DNA from: Prolixibacteraceae bacterium | GTDB taxonomy: Bacteria > Bacteroidota > Bacteroidia > Bacteroidales > Prolixibacteraceae | DNA length: 64,000 nucleotides | Reading direction: 5' to 3' | NCBI GenBank assembly: GCA_018648265.1 | Contig: JABGRN010000014.1 | Coordinates: 6,436 to 70,435, forward strand | Shown: positions 10,224 to 20,400 of the stretch, in pieces | Position numbering within the stretch: position 1 is the first letter of the stretch | Layout of the letters: each line of letters starts with the position of its first letter | Notes under the pieces: generated by a model | The model's input: only the letters and a program-made list of their open reading frames with translations | Databases searched by the model: none | What the model was told of the DNA's origin: nothing | Made by a program: the position numbers and the translations under genes

Positions 10224-10257
10224 TTTGTTGTTCGTTGTTCGCAAAACTACGAACAAT
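10224..10257 (-). promoter_or_regulatory. Putative arsR operator with embedded -7 promoter box
   Basis: tttgttgttcgTTGTTCGcaaaactaCGAACAAt is a perfect 7-bp inverted repeat. Its 8-nt spacer CAAAACTA (10242-10249) is the reverse complement of the Bacteroidota -7 consensus TAnnTTTG. It ends about 27 nt upstream of the arsR ATG. Confidence 0.5.
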
Positions 10258-10332
10258 TTTTAAAACAACAAATCTATTGCTTAACTTTTTAAAACGATTA
10301 TTTTTGAGACTACTTTTTTTAAAATTGATAAA

Positions 10333-11970
10333 ATGAGATTAACTGTTCAATTAACCCAAGTTTTAATTTCCGTTATATTTTTTGTTACAATTAATTCCGT
10401 TTCTTATGCACAGGAAATTGAAGAAGATCTTTATAACGAAAGTTGCACAAGTATAATGTTGGGAAGAAAAGCTACTGACGATGGCTCGGTAATTACCGCT
10501 CATACTTGTGATGCTTATTATCGTACCTGGCTTGAATTTGTTCCGGCACAAAAATTTGAACGAGATACAACTCATAAAGTTTATTGGGGCACCATGCACA
10601 CCCACACTGCCTGGAGTCGCGAGAATTTAGAGTTAAAAGGTGAAATTCCGCAAGCAAAAGAAACTTACGCTTATTTAAATACTGCCTACCCCTGTTTAAA
10701 CGAAAAACAGTTGGCAATTGGAGAAACAACCATTGGCGGGCATAAAGAATTAAAAAATGAGAATGGATTGTTTTTAATTGAGGAATTGGAACGAATTGTT
10801 TTGCAACGTTGCACAAATGCCCGCGAGGCAATCCGGTTAATAGGTGAATTAATTAAAGAATATGGTTATGGTGATTCGGGAGAATGTATAACAATTGCAG
10901 ATACAAAAGAGGTTTGGCAGTTAGAAATTTTTGGTGAAGGACCCGACCAAATTGGTGGAGTTTGGGCTGCCCAAAGGATTCCGGACAATCATGTGGGAGT
11001 TTCGGCAAATTTATCGAGGATTGCTGAATTGGATTTAGATAATGAGGATTATTTTATGGCATCGGAAAATGTTTTTGAGGTTGCTAAGAATATGGACTTT
11101 TGGGACGAGGAAAAGCCATTTAAATATTGGGAAGTTTACAGCGGGAAAAAGCCATTTACTATTCGCGAGTTTTACGTTTTTAACACACTGGCCTCCAGTT
11201 TAAATCTCAATTTTGAAAGCGATGAACTTCCATTTTCAGTAAAAGTTGATGAAAAAGTTAACGTCAGGCAAGTGCTGGAATTGTACCGTGAAACTTATGA
11301 TGGTACAGAATATGAAATGATTCGGAATTTAATGGTCGAGAAAAAAGAAAAGGACAAAGATGGAAAACAAACTGTGGTTGATACAATTGTAAGTCCGGCT
11401 GCACACCCCTGGTTATCAACCGACAGGCGAAATCTTTTAAATTCGTTGGAAAAAGACGCGGTTGTCCGTCAACGGCCAATTTCGGTTCAGTACTGTGCCT
11501 ATTCATGGATTGCCCAATTACGTGACGATCTGCCCGACGAAATTGGTGGCCGGATTTGGTTTAGTTTCGATGTTCCCCGTTTAAGTCCGAGAATTCCTAT
11601 TTATTGCGGAAACCTGAGTTTACCTGAAAGTTTTAATATTTGCGGACAAGATCATTTTAGCAGGGAATCTGCAGTCTGGGGATTCCGTCGTGCCAACCGT
11701 TTGGCAATGGTAAACTGGGGAACTGCTAAAGATATTATTGAACCTGAAGTTGCTAAATATGAGGACAAAGTTTTTGGTGAAATAGATTTTATTGAAAAGC
11801 GTGCTGAGGAGTTATTAAAACAAGACAAAAAGAGTGAGAAAAATGGAGAAGAATCGCAACTTTGCAAAGAATTTTTGACCGATTATTCAAATACGTTTGC
11901 CCGTTCGGCAATTGATAAATGGTGGGAATTAGGCGATGAACTTTGGGTTTTAATGAGGTGGAAATTTTAG
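10333..11970 (+). CDS. Peptidase family C69 dipeptidase (secreted)
   Basis: Signal peptide followed by the nucleophile context NESCTSIMLG; 545 aa. Confidence 0.75.
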   Translation: MRLTVQLTQVLISVIFFVTINSVSYAQEIEEDLYNESCTSIMLGRKATDDGSVITAHTCDAYYRTWLEFVPAQKFERDTTHKVYWGTMHTHTAWSRENLELKGEIPQAKETYAYLNTAYPCLNEKQLAIGETTIGGHKELKNENGLFLIEELERIVLQRCTNAREAIRLIGELIKEYGYGDSGECITIADTKEVWQLEIFGEGPDQIGGVWAAQRIPDNHVGVSANLSRIAELDLDNEDYFMASENVFEVAKNMDFWDEEKPFKYWEVYSGKKPFTIREFYVFNTLASSLNLNFESDELPFSVKVDEKVNVRQVLELYRETYDGTEYEMIRNLMVEKKEKDKDGKQTVVDTIVSPAAHPWLSTDRRNLLNSLEKDAVVRQRPISVQYCAYSWIAQLRDDLPDEIGGRIWFSFDVPRLSPRIPIYCGNLSLPESFNICGQDHFSRESAVWGFRRANRLAMVNWGTAKDIIEPEVAKYEDKVFGEIDFIEKRAEELLKQDKKSEKNGEESQLCKEFLTDYSNTFARSAIDKWWELGDELWVLMRWKF

Positions 11971-12394
11971 CATATAAACATGTTTCGTATGTTTACTTCA
12001 TCCCTAACTTGTTTTGGAATCCAATTTAATATAATCAATTAGGCATTTAACAGATATTGTTGCATTAAAAGAAATGGGTTAAAACCCTTTGTCTGCTGTC
12101 AATTGTACAAAACCGTTCACTGAAGTGAACGGCAAAAAATAAGAATATATTTGAAAATAATTATTATTCTTTGCCGTCAGCTTTAGCTGGCAGAATTAGT
12201 TAATAGGCTGAATAAAAGGCCTTTAGTCCAACAATTAACAAGTATTAGTTAAGTACATCATTCAATTAAAAAAATAGGCTGAAATTAATTCAACATGATG
12301 GGCTTTAAGAAAAATGATCACAATTTTACAGATTCTCATTTTATTGTAATTGAATTATTTTTCCCACATTTGTTACGTAAAAGAAAATAGATTT

Positions 12395-13441
12395 ATGCAA
12401 AAATATATTGCACTTTTAAAGAAATTAATTTCCACACCTTCGTTTAGTAAAGAGGAAGAAAATGCAGCAGAAGTAATGCGTAATTTTCTTAAAAATGAAG
12501 GAATTGGATTTTCAACAAAAGAAAATAATACCTGGGCTTTTAACAAACATTTTTCTAAAGAAAAGCCCACAATTATGTTGAATTCTCATATCGACACGGT
12601 TCGTCCGGCGAAAGGTTACAAACTCGATCCTTTTTCCCCCATTGAAAAAGGGGATCAACTTTTTGGATTGGGAAGTAACGATGCTGGTGGTCCTTTGGTT
12701 TCTTTGCTGGCAACATTTGTTCATTTTTACGAACGTAATAATTTGCCATTTAATTTAGTTTTTGCAGCAACAGCCGAAGAGGAAATTTCTGGTCGCCGGG
12801 GCTTGGAAATTGTGTTGCCAAAAATTTCGCCCATTGATTTTGCAATTATTGGTGAACCAACTTCAATGGAACTGGCAATTGCCGAAAAAGGCTTGCTGGT
12901 ATTAGATTGTTATGCCCATGGAAAATCGGGGCACGCAGCACGCGATGAAGGAGAAAATGCACTTTACAAAGCATTGGATGACATTCAGAAATTACGTGAT
13001 TTTAAATTTGATAAAATATCGGATGTACTTGGAAAGGTTAAAATATCTGTTACTCAAATAGAGGCAGGAACACAACACAATGTGGTTCCCGATGTTTGTC
13101 ATTTCGTAGTTGACGTGCGTACCAACGAACATTATTTAAATAAAGAAGCAGCCGGAATTTTAAATAATTTATTGGAATCGGATGTAAAACCACGTTCAGT
13201 ACGATTGAATTCTTCGGGTATTTCAGAACTTCATCCGTTTGCACAATTGGTAAAAAGCAAAGGGATAAATATTTATGGATCACCGACTACTTCCGATCAG
13301 GCAATTATTCCATTTCTGACTGTAAAAATGGGCCCCGGAGCTTCGGCACGATCGCACACTGCTGACGAGTTTATTTATAAAAGTGAAATTATTGAGGGAA
13401 TTAAACTTTATATCGAACTTCTGGAAGAACTTGTTCTTTAA
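12395..13441 (+). CDS. M20-family metallohydrolase (acetylornithine deacetylase / succinyl-DAP desuccinylase-like)
   Basis: Metal-ligand motifs NSHIDTV, GSNDAGG and ATAEEEISG. The track start at 12350 is TTG, so I use the ATG at 12395 (MQKYIALLKKLIS). Confidence 0.75.
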   Translation: MQKYIALLKKLISTPSFSKEEENAAEVMRNFLKNEGIGFSTKENNTWAFNKHFSKEKPTIMLNSHIDTVRPAKGYKLDPFSPIEKGDQLFGLGSNDAGGPLVSLLATFVHFYERNNLPFNLVFAATAEEEISGRRGLEIVLPKISPIDFAIIGEPTSMELAIAEKGLLVLDCYAHGKSGHAARDEGENALYKALDDIQKLRDFKFDKISDVLGKVKISVTQIEAGTQHNVVPDVCHFVVDVRTNEHYLNKEAAGILNNLLESDVKPRSVRLNSSGISELHPFAQLVKSKGINIYGSPTTSDQAIIPFLTVKMGPGASARSHTADEFIYKSEIIEGIKLYIELLEELVL

Positions 13442-13465
13442 AATTGAAACCTGAAAAATTGTAAC

Positions 13466-13687
13466 ATGCAACAATCGCAACCCAACAATCCTTTACACGG
13501 AAAAACCCTTGAAGCCATTTTGGTTTATTTGGTTAGTTATTACGGCTGGGAAGAGTTGGGAGATATAATAAAAATTAACAGTTTTCGAAGTAATCCAAGT
13601 ATAAAATCGAGCTTAAAATTTTTACGGCGCACGCCCTGGGCAAGGGAAAAGGTGGAGAAGTTGTATGTTGAGACGATTGACAAATAA
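13466..13687 (+). CDS. VF530/DUF2132-family small putative DNA-binding protein
   Basis: A 73-aa protein, [25 protein letters not shown]...[14 protein letters not shown], which matches my memory of this family. Confidence 0.6.
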   Translation: MQQSQPNNPLHGKTLEAILVYLVSYYGWEELGDIIKINSFRSNPSIKSSLKFLRRTPWAREKVEKLYVETIDK

Positions 13688-13755
13688 CTAATAACGTGTT
13701 TTTTTGCATCGGTTTAACGAGTCTGGTTTATTCACATAATGAAGATACTTAGAAA

Positions 13756-13952
13756 GCTCTTGAAGAATTGAAACTTTTATCAGAACAAGACAGTATTCGA
13801 TATGAAATGATTATTGATTTGGAATTTGAACCAATCTTCGGCAGGATCAGAAAAATTCCAGAATTCAAACAAATACTTTCAGAAATTGAAACTTAAATTC
13901 TGGGAAAACCACGAGCGGATTAAAACAAACTTACAGAGGAAAGGTTGCTTTA
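13756..13952 (+). pseudogene. Decayed 3' remnant of a TPR-type protein gene
   Basis: One frame reads ALEELKLLSEQDSIRYEMIIDLEFEPIFGRIRKIPEFKQILSEIET and stops at 13894. A +1 shift continues KFWENHERIKTNLQ, and another shift gives EERLL-stop. There is no start codon, and stops lie upstream. Confidence 0.35.
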
Positions 13953-14151
13953 GGCAAATCTTTAACAGAAATCTGACAAATTCCTGATTGATCATTTCAA
14001 ACAAAGAAATACAAGGAAGCCATTTAATTCCTTTTACAATATTTCAATTTTCTATAGCAATGTGTACATATAAATATCAACATGAGTATTAATCTGTTAA
14101 AAATCATGTTAAAAACATTTGCCGTTAACGTAAACGGTAATTTTAATTTAT

Positions 14152-14159
14152 TAGTTTTG
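14152..14159 (+). promoter_or_regulatory. Candidate Bacteroidota -7 box TAGTTTTG upstream of pntAA
   Basis: Matches TAnnTTTG. It ends 33 nt before the ATG at 14193. Confidence 0.35.
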
Positions 14160-14192
14160 CAGCAAAAATTTGACAACTAAAATTAAATATTT

Positions 14193-15323
14193 ATGATTCT
14201 CGGTTTATTAAAAGAATACGGAACTGAAACCCGTGTAGCTTTACTCCCGGAAACCGTAAAAACCTTTACTGACCTGAAAGTGGAAGTATTGGTTGAAAAA
14301 GGTGCCGGAGAAAATGCGTTTACATCAAATGCCGACTACGAAGCCGTTGGGGCAAAAGTAGTTTCGCGGGCCGATGTTTTCGGGCAAGCAGAAGTTCTGT
14401 TACAAATTCAGCCACCCGCTGAAGAAGATATTCAGAAAATTAAGGAAACCCAGGTTTGGATTAGTGCATTTAATCCACTTTGGGACACAAAATTGGTAAA
14501 AACATTCCTTGAAAAAGGAGTGACTACGTTTAGCCTCGATTTAATTCCACGAACTTCACGTGCACAAGCGATGGATATTTTATCGTCGATGGCAACCGTT
14601 TCAGGTTACATGGCTGTTTTAGAAGCAGCTGTAAAATTACCGACTTTCTTTCCAATGTTTATGACAGCTGCAGGTACAATTCGTCCGGCAAATATTTTGA
14701 TTTTGGGAGCAGGAGTTGCCGGATTGCAAGCAATTGCAACTTCAAGAAAATTGGGTGCACAGGTTCAGGTTTTTGATGTTCGCTCGGCTGTAAAAGAGGA
14801 AGTAATGAGTTTAGGTGGAAAATTTGTTGAAGTTGAAGGTGCTACCGAAGACAAAGCTGCCGGAGGTTATGCTGTTGAACAAACCGAAGATTTCAAGAAG
14901 AAACAGCAACAAGCAATTAACGACCACGCTGCAAAAGCAAATGTTGTTATTTGCACTGCTCAGATTCCGGGAAGAAAAGCTCCGCTATTAATTCCAACAA
15001 AAGCGGTTGAAGCAATGAAACCAGGATCTGTAATTATCGACCTCGCTGCTTCAAGTGGTGGAAACTGCGAAGTAACAAAAGACAACGAAACTATTGTTCA
15101 CAAAGGTGTAACTGTTATTGGTCAGTCGAATTATCCGGCACAAAAACCATTGGACGCCAGTAAAATGTTTGGTAAAAATGTATTCAACTTCATGAAATTA
15201 ATTATTGGTGAAGAGGGTGCATTGAACCTGAATTTTGAAGACGACATTGTAAAAGGAACTTGTATAACTCATGCAAAAGAGATTTACAACGAACGGGTTA
15301 AATCAGTAATCGAAAACGCATAA
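14193..15323 (+). CDS. pntAA: NAD(P) transhydrogenase alpha subunit, part 1 (dI domain)
   Basis: Alanine-dehydrogenase-like fold with the Rossmann motif LGAGVAGLQA; 376 aa. It is followed by the small membrane part and the beta subunit. Confidence 0.9.
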   Translation: MILGLLKEYGTETRVALLPETVKTFTDLKVEVLVEKGAGENAFTSNADYEAVGAKVVSRADVFGQAEVLLQIQPPAEEDIQKIKETQVWISAFNPLWDTKLVKTFLEKGVTTFSLDLIPRTSRAQAMDILSSMATVSGYMAVLEAAVKLPTFFPMFMTAAGTIRPANILILGAGVAGLQAIATSRKLGAQVQVFDVRSAVKEEVMSLGGKFVEVEGATEDKAAGGYAVEQTEDFKKKQQQAINDHAAKANVVICTAQIPGRKAPLLIPTKAVEAMKPGSVIIDLAASSGGNCEVTKDNETIVHKGVTVIGQSNYPAQKPLDASKMFGKNVFNFMKLIIGEEGALNLNFEDDIVKGTCITHAKEIYNERVKSVIENA

Positions 15324-15333
15324 AAATACAGAT

Positions 15334-15648
15334 ATGGAACAAGTATTACAGTTTTTCTTTGAATATAAAGAAGCGATATTTATTATCGCCTTATCCATAT
15401 TTGTGGGTATTGAAGTGATTTCCAATGTACCCGCTGTTTTGCACACCCCACTTATGTCGGGAGCAAACGCAATTAGCGGTGTAATTATTATTGGTGGAAT
15501 TATTCTTGTTGGCCACGCCGACCTTACTTCGTTTTCGTTAAGTCTGGTTTTAGGGATTTTAGCCCTGATGTTCGGAACATTAAACGTAGTAGGTGGATTT
15601 GCCGTTACCGACAGAATGCTTGAAATGTTTAAAAAGAAAAAAAAGTAG
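15334..15648 (+). CDS. pntAB: NAD(P) transhydrogenase alpha subunit, part 2 (membrane)
   Basis: A 104-aa protein with 3-4 TM helices, located between pntAA and pntB. Confidence 0.85.
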   Translation: MEQVLQFFFEYKEAIFIIALSIFVGIEVISNVPAVLHTPLMSGANAISGVIIIGGIILVGHADLTSFSLSLVLGILALMFGTLNVVGGFAVTDRMLEMFKKKKK

Positions 15649-15654
15649 GAAATC

Positions 15655-17094
15655 ATGGATAAAGTAATAGGAATATTAAACGGAATGGAATTTACCATTG
15701 GCGACTCACTACTTGAACTAAGTTACCTGATTGCCGCACTTTTATTTGTTTATGGATTGAAATTGCTTTCGCATCCTGCAACCGCCCGTACAGGAAATTT
15801 ATGGGCGGCAGGCGGAATGGGATTAGCAATGGTTACAACTTTATTATTACATAAAGACGCAAACGGAAGTGGAATTCCGCTAACGAATGTTTGGATAATT
15901 TTAGCTGCAATTGGAGTAGGTTCTGCAATTGGCTGGATGGTTGCCCGTAGAGTTAAAATGACTGCGATGCCACAATTAGTTTCTATTTATAACGCAACCG
16001 GTGGTGCTGCATCAATGTTGGTTGCTTTGTTGGAATACCCAAATGCGGTGGCTGGCGATGTTGGATCTATTTTAGTAACCGTGCTCGGATTATTTATCGG
16101 TGCAGTTGCATTTAGTGGAAGTTTGATTGCTTTCGGGAAATTGGATGGCAGAGTTGGAGATATAATGAAACCATTTATGACATACATAAATTTGGTTTTA
16201 TTGATTGTTACATTAGGGATGGGAGTTTACATTGTAATTTCTCCAAATCCTCCAGCCGAAATGGTTTGGGCAATTTATGCTTTGTTAGGTATCTCATTGG
16301 TTTACGGTGTAATGTTCGTTATGCCAATTGGTGGTGCCGATATGCCGGTTGTAATTTCGCTGTTGAACTCGTTTACAGGTATTGCAGCTGCAATGGCAGG
16401 ATTTATTTACAACAACCAGGCGATGATTTTAGGTGGTATCCTCGTTGGGGCTGCCGGAATGATTCTTACCATGTTGATGTGTAAAGCAATGAACCGTTCA
16501 CTGATAAATGTTATAATTGGTTCATTTGGCGGTGGTGGCGCAGCACTCGACCGCGAACAGGGAAATGTAAAAGAGATAACTTTAAGCGATGCGGCGGTAT
16601 TAATGAGCTACTCACAGAAAATAGTTGTTATTCCCGGATACGGTTTAGCAGTTGCTCAGGCACAGCACATTGCACATGAATTAGATACTTTACTTGAAGG
16701 GAAAGGTGTTGATGTAAAATATGCAATTCACCCGGTTGCCGGAAGGATGCCAGGCCACATGAACGTATTGTTGGCTGAGGCGGATGTACCTTACGAAAAT
16801 CTGGTTGAAATGGATGACATTAATCCGGACATGCCAAATGTTGATGTAGCAATTGTAATTGGAGCAAACGACGTGGTTAATCCTGCTGCCTACGACGATC
16901 CGAGCAGTCCGATTTACGGAATGCCAATTATCGATGCTCACCTTGCAAAAAATATAATCATTATGAAACGTGGAATGGGTAAAGGTTATGCAGGAATTGA
17001 AAACTTCCTGTTCTTTAACGACAAAACGCGCATGTTGTTTGGGGACGCAAAAAGCTCGATTTCGAAGTTGGTGAATGAAATTAAGAGTATGTAA
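15655..17094 (+). CDS. pntB: NAD(P) transhydrogenase beta subunit
   Basis: A polytopic N-terminal half plus a dIII domain with the motifs PGYGLAVAQAQH and GANDVVNPAA. Confidence 0.9.
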   Translation: MDKVIGILNGMEFTIGDSLLELSYLIAALLFVYGLKLLSHPATARTGNLWAAGGMGLAMVTTLLLHKDANGSGIPLTNVWIILAAIGVGSAIGWMVARRVKMTAMPQLVSIYNATGGAASMLVALLEYPNAVAGDVGSILVTVLGLFIGAVAFSGSLIAFGKLDGRVGDIMKPFMTYINLVLLIVTLGMGVYIVISPNPPAEMVWAIYALLGISLVYGVMFVMPIGGADMPVVISLLNSFTGIAAAMAGFIYNNQAMILGGILVGAAGMILTMLMCKAMNRSLINVIIGSFGGGGAALDREQGNVKEITLSDAAVLMSYSQKIVVIPGYGLAVAQAQHIAHELDTLLEGKGVDVKYAIHPVAGRMPGHMNVLLAEADVPYENLVEMDDINPDMPNVDVAIVIGANDVVNPAAYDDPSSPIYGMPIIDAHLAKNIIIMKRGMGKGYAGIENFLFFNDKTRMLFGDAKSSISKLVNEIKSM

Positions 17095-17131
17095 AATAAA
17101 TGATCAATCGATTATCAAAGATAAAAAGAAA

Positions 17132-17163
17132 AAGGCTTCATTAATTTGAGGTCTTTTTTTTTA
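17132..17163 (+). terminator. Rho-independent terminator after pntB
   Basis: A 9-bp stem (aaggcttca / tgaggtctt, with two G-U pairs), loop ttaatt, followed by a run of 8 to 9 T. Confidence 0.6.
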
Positions 17164-17445
17164 GGTAACAATTCGTACTATACCAATTCAATTTTTGAAA
17201 TGAGCTGTTTAGTAAATGAATAATGCTGGTAAATATTTAAAGTGCTTATAAAAAAAGTGAATTATCAGGCGCATTTTAAATAGTAATTGGTATAATTGGC
17301 AGGATAAAAACTTGTAAAAATAACTTAACAGACTGTAAAAAATAGGCCAGTCGTATGTTGATTAATTATTCCAGGATCTATATTTTTGATTAGGATAAAA
17401 TTTAATAATAACTAAATTGGTTCAGAATTTTTATTTTTGATATTT

Positions 17446-20400
17446 ATGGATTCTATTTTATTAAAAGATAAACCAAGTTGTTTCTTAATCGGAAATACAA
17501 GCCTTTTAATTAAGTGTTGTGATCTGTTAATAGAAGAAAAATGGATAATATCAGGCATCATCTCGTTTGATTCTTCAGTAATTAATTATGCAATTAAAAA
17601 GAATATTCCCTTAAAAAATAAACTTGAATCAATAAATAGTTTTCTTTCAAGTGTGCAGTTCGATTATTTATTTAGCATCGTTAACGAAATAATTCTTGAT
17701 AAAACAATATTAAACCTGCCCCTCAAACTATCCGTCAATTATCACGATTCTTTATTACCAGCAGGTGCCGGTGTATTTTCGACAACTTGGGCGCTTATTC
17801 AAGAAGAGAAGGAGCATGGAATAAGCTGGCATATTATCGACGAGGGGATTGATACGGGAGATATTTTAATTCAAAAAAAGATTAGGATTGATAAAAACGA
17901 AAGTTCTATATCTTTAAATGCCAGGTGTTATCAAACTGCCATTGAAAGCTTTCCTGAACTATTACATAGATTGCAAAGTGAAACTATAAATCCCATAAAA
18001 CAGGATTTTATTAAAAGAACATATTTCTCATTCAACAAAAGGCCAACAAATTTAGGTATTCTCGATTTCTCCGATTCAGAGTTTCATTTCGAGGCTTTTT
18101 TAAATGCTTTGGATTTTGGAGAAAATATTGATAATAATTTTTGTACCCCAAAAATTTTTCTTGCTAACAATTATTATATTCCAATTGATTATAGTTTTAA
18201 AAATTCTCAAAAAAATACAAAAAACGGTAGCATTGAAAAAGCAACTTTAAAAGAAATTGATGTAAAAGTTGCTGGGAAAGTTTTGTCGATCAAGGGTATG
18301 ACAACCATTGATGGTGAAATAATAGAATTAGAAAAGTTAATTAAAGAATTCAATCTTCGGCAAGGAAAAGTATTTCCAATTCCTGATAGTCAGGATGTAA
18401 CAAAGCTGCATTTTTTATACGAAAAGATTATCGGGAAGGAAGCTTACTGGATTCAGAAATTGTCTAATTTGAACTTTGTCGATTTCCCCTTTGTAAATAA
18501 TGAAAAGTCCGCGAATGAAAAATACACAACTCTTAAATATGAATTAAGTGTTGAATTACTTAAGTATTGCAAACAAATCAACAAAGCCGGCACTGAGATA
18601 AATTTATTCAGCCTTTTGCTGTTGTATATTTCCCGGTTATTGGATAATACCGAATTTGATATTTGGTACAAAATAAATTCGGAATACAGTAACTATCCGA
18701 ATATGTTTTCTCCTTTTGTTCCATTGGGGTGCAAATTTGAACAAAAGTCATCGCTTGTTAAAAACCTGGAATTAAGTAATAAATATATAAGACAAACAAT
18801 TGATAAAAATACTTTTGCACGCGATGTTTATACCCGTATAAAAATTCTAAGGGAGACTGAAATAAAAGGTTTAGTTAAAAAAATACCTTTTTTTATCGGA
18901 CAAATCCAAAGTCTGGAAGAATTTGAGCCGGTATTAGAAATTGGGTGGGGTATTCTAATTTCAATAAAAACAAGTGCACTGTATCTGGTGTACAACAAAA
19001 GTGAAAGAAATACGACTTTGGCTGAAAAGTTCTTTCATCATTTTTCTGTTTTTACACAAAATATAATTAAAAAGGCAAATAACATTTTTTGTGAAGTTCC
19101 ATTAATTTCAGAGTTGGAAAAGGAACGAAAATTATTTTTATGGAATCAGCAAAAAGAAAACTATCCTGAAAATATTTGTATTCAGGAATTGATAGAAGAT
19201 TGGGCAGAAAAAATCCCGAAAGAAATTGCAATTGTTCAAAATGAGAAAAAGATTTCGTACGGTGAATTAAATCAGAAAGCGAATAAAATTGCTTCATATT
19301 TAATTAAAGAAGGCATCCATCGGGGAGACAAAATTGGTGTAATGATGGATCGTTCAATTAATATCATTGTGTCATATATTGGAATTTTAAAAACCGGTGC
19401 TGCTTATGTTCCCCTTGATACAAATTTGCCGGTTTCGCGATTAAATTATATGATTGAAGTTTCGGAAATTAAAACGATAATTGTTGATGGTGACAAAAAT
19501 CGATCATTCAATAATTTAAATATTGGACTATTTTCTGACATAATTAATAGGCCAACAATTGAATTTACCGCGTTTCCAAAATATTCTTCAAACGATCTGG
19601 CCTACATAAAATTTACTTCAGGGTCAACTGGTCAACCAAAAGGTGTAATGATTACCCAAAAAAATGTTGTAGCGTTTTTGTTTAGCTACAAACCCGTGGT
19701 TAATTTAAATGAAAAAAGAATTGGAACTTGTGTTGCACCTTTAAGTTTCGATACATCAGTCGAGGAGGTATATTCATGTCTTTGTTTTGGAGGAACCGTA
19801 CATATTATGATGACGGAACAGACTTTAGATCTTGAATATTTTGCCAAATACCTTGTTGATAAAAAAATAAATGTCAGTTACATTATTCCTGAATTTGTAC
19901 AGGGGATTGGTAAATATTTAAAAAATGAAGACGTAGTTTCTTTAAAAACGTTGATAACAGGTTTGCACCCAAAGAAAAATAAAATTTTCAAACCTTTTTT
20001 TGAGTTAAAATCGAAGGTATTGATTTTAAATGCTTATGGCCCAACCGAAGTAACTTACGGATCGAGTGCATATCAGGTAAATGGCAATGAAAATCCTTTA
20101 GAAAACACTCCAATCGGAAAACCATTTCCAAACTACAATACTTATGTTGCAGATTCGAATATGCAATTATTACCCGATTATATTCCAGGCGAGTTACTTA
20201 TCGGGGGAATTGGACTTTCACGAGGGTATATTAATAAGCCCGAAATAACTAAATTAAAATTTGTTGATTTTGAATATGAGAATTTTAAGACTCAGGTTTA
20301 TAAATCGGGAGACGTGGTATATTCAGTACCCTCCGGCAATATTCACTTTGTTGGCAGGAATGATGACCAGGTGAAAATTAAAGGTTACAGGATTGAAATT

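Noticed and set aside
12350-12394. Track-extended starts using TTG or GTG. The affected track starts are 12350, 10221, 17437, 34199 and 43477. The N-terminal extensions at 3150, 4243, 6512, 22090, 24767 and 27193 belong to the same group.
   Set aside because: In each case a downstream ATG gives a proper signal peptide or a family-typical N-terminus. In some cases the ATG also lies just after a -7 box or forms a coupling overlap. I adjusted the coordinates accordingly and retained the 63979 GTG only as an artefact of the window edge.
15303-15698. A 131-aa minus-strand ORF over pntAB
   Set aside because: It is antisense to the transhydrogenase membrane subunit, whose operon context is unambiguous.
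17100-17436. An att-type direct repeat of the tRNA-Pro 3' end, or an integrase, delimiting the NRPS segment as a classical genomic island
   Set aside because: Reading by eye, I found no copy of the tRNA 3' sequence (tgtcgggatgacaagatttgaa) and no recombinase ORF. Only the compositional argument remains.
18400-19150. A functional condensation domain in the NRPS-like protein
   Set aside because: Only the C-terminal-lobe-like sequence is visible, and no HHxxxDG motif occurs anywhere in the 1444-aa translation. The only HH is in FFHHFSVFT.
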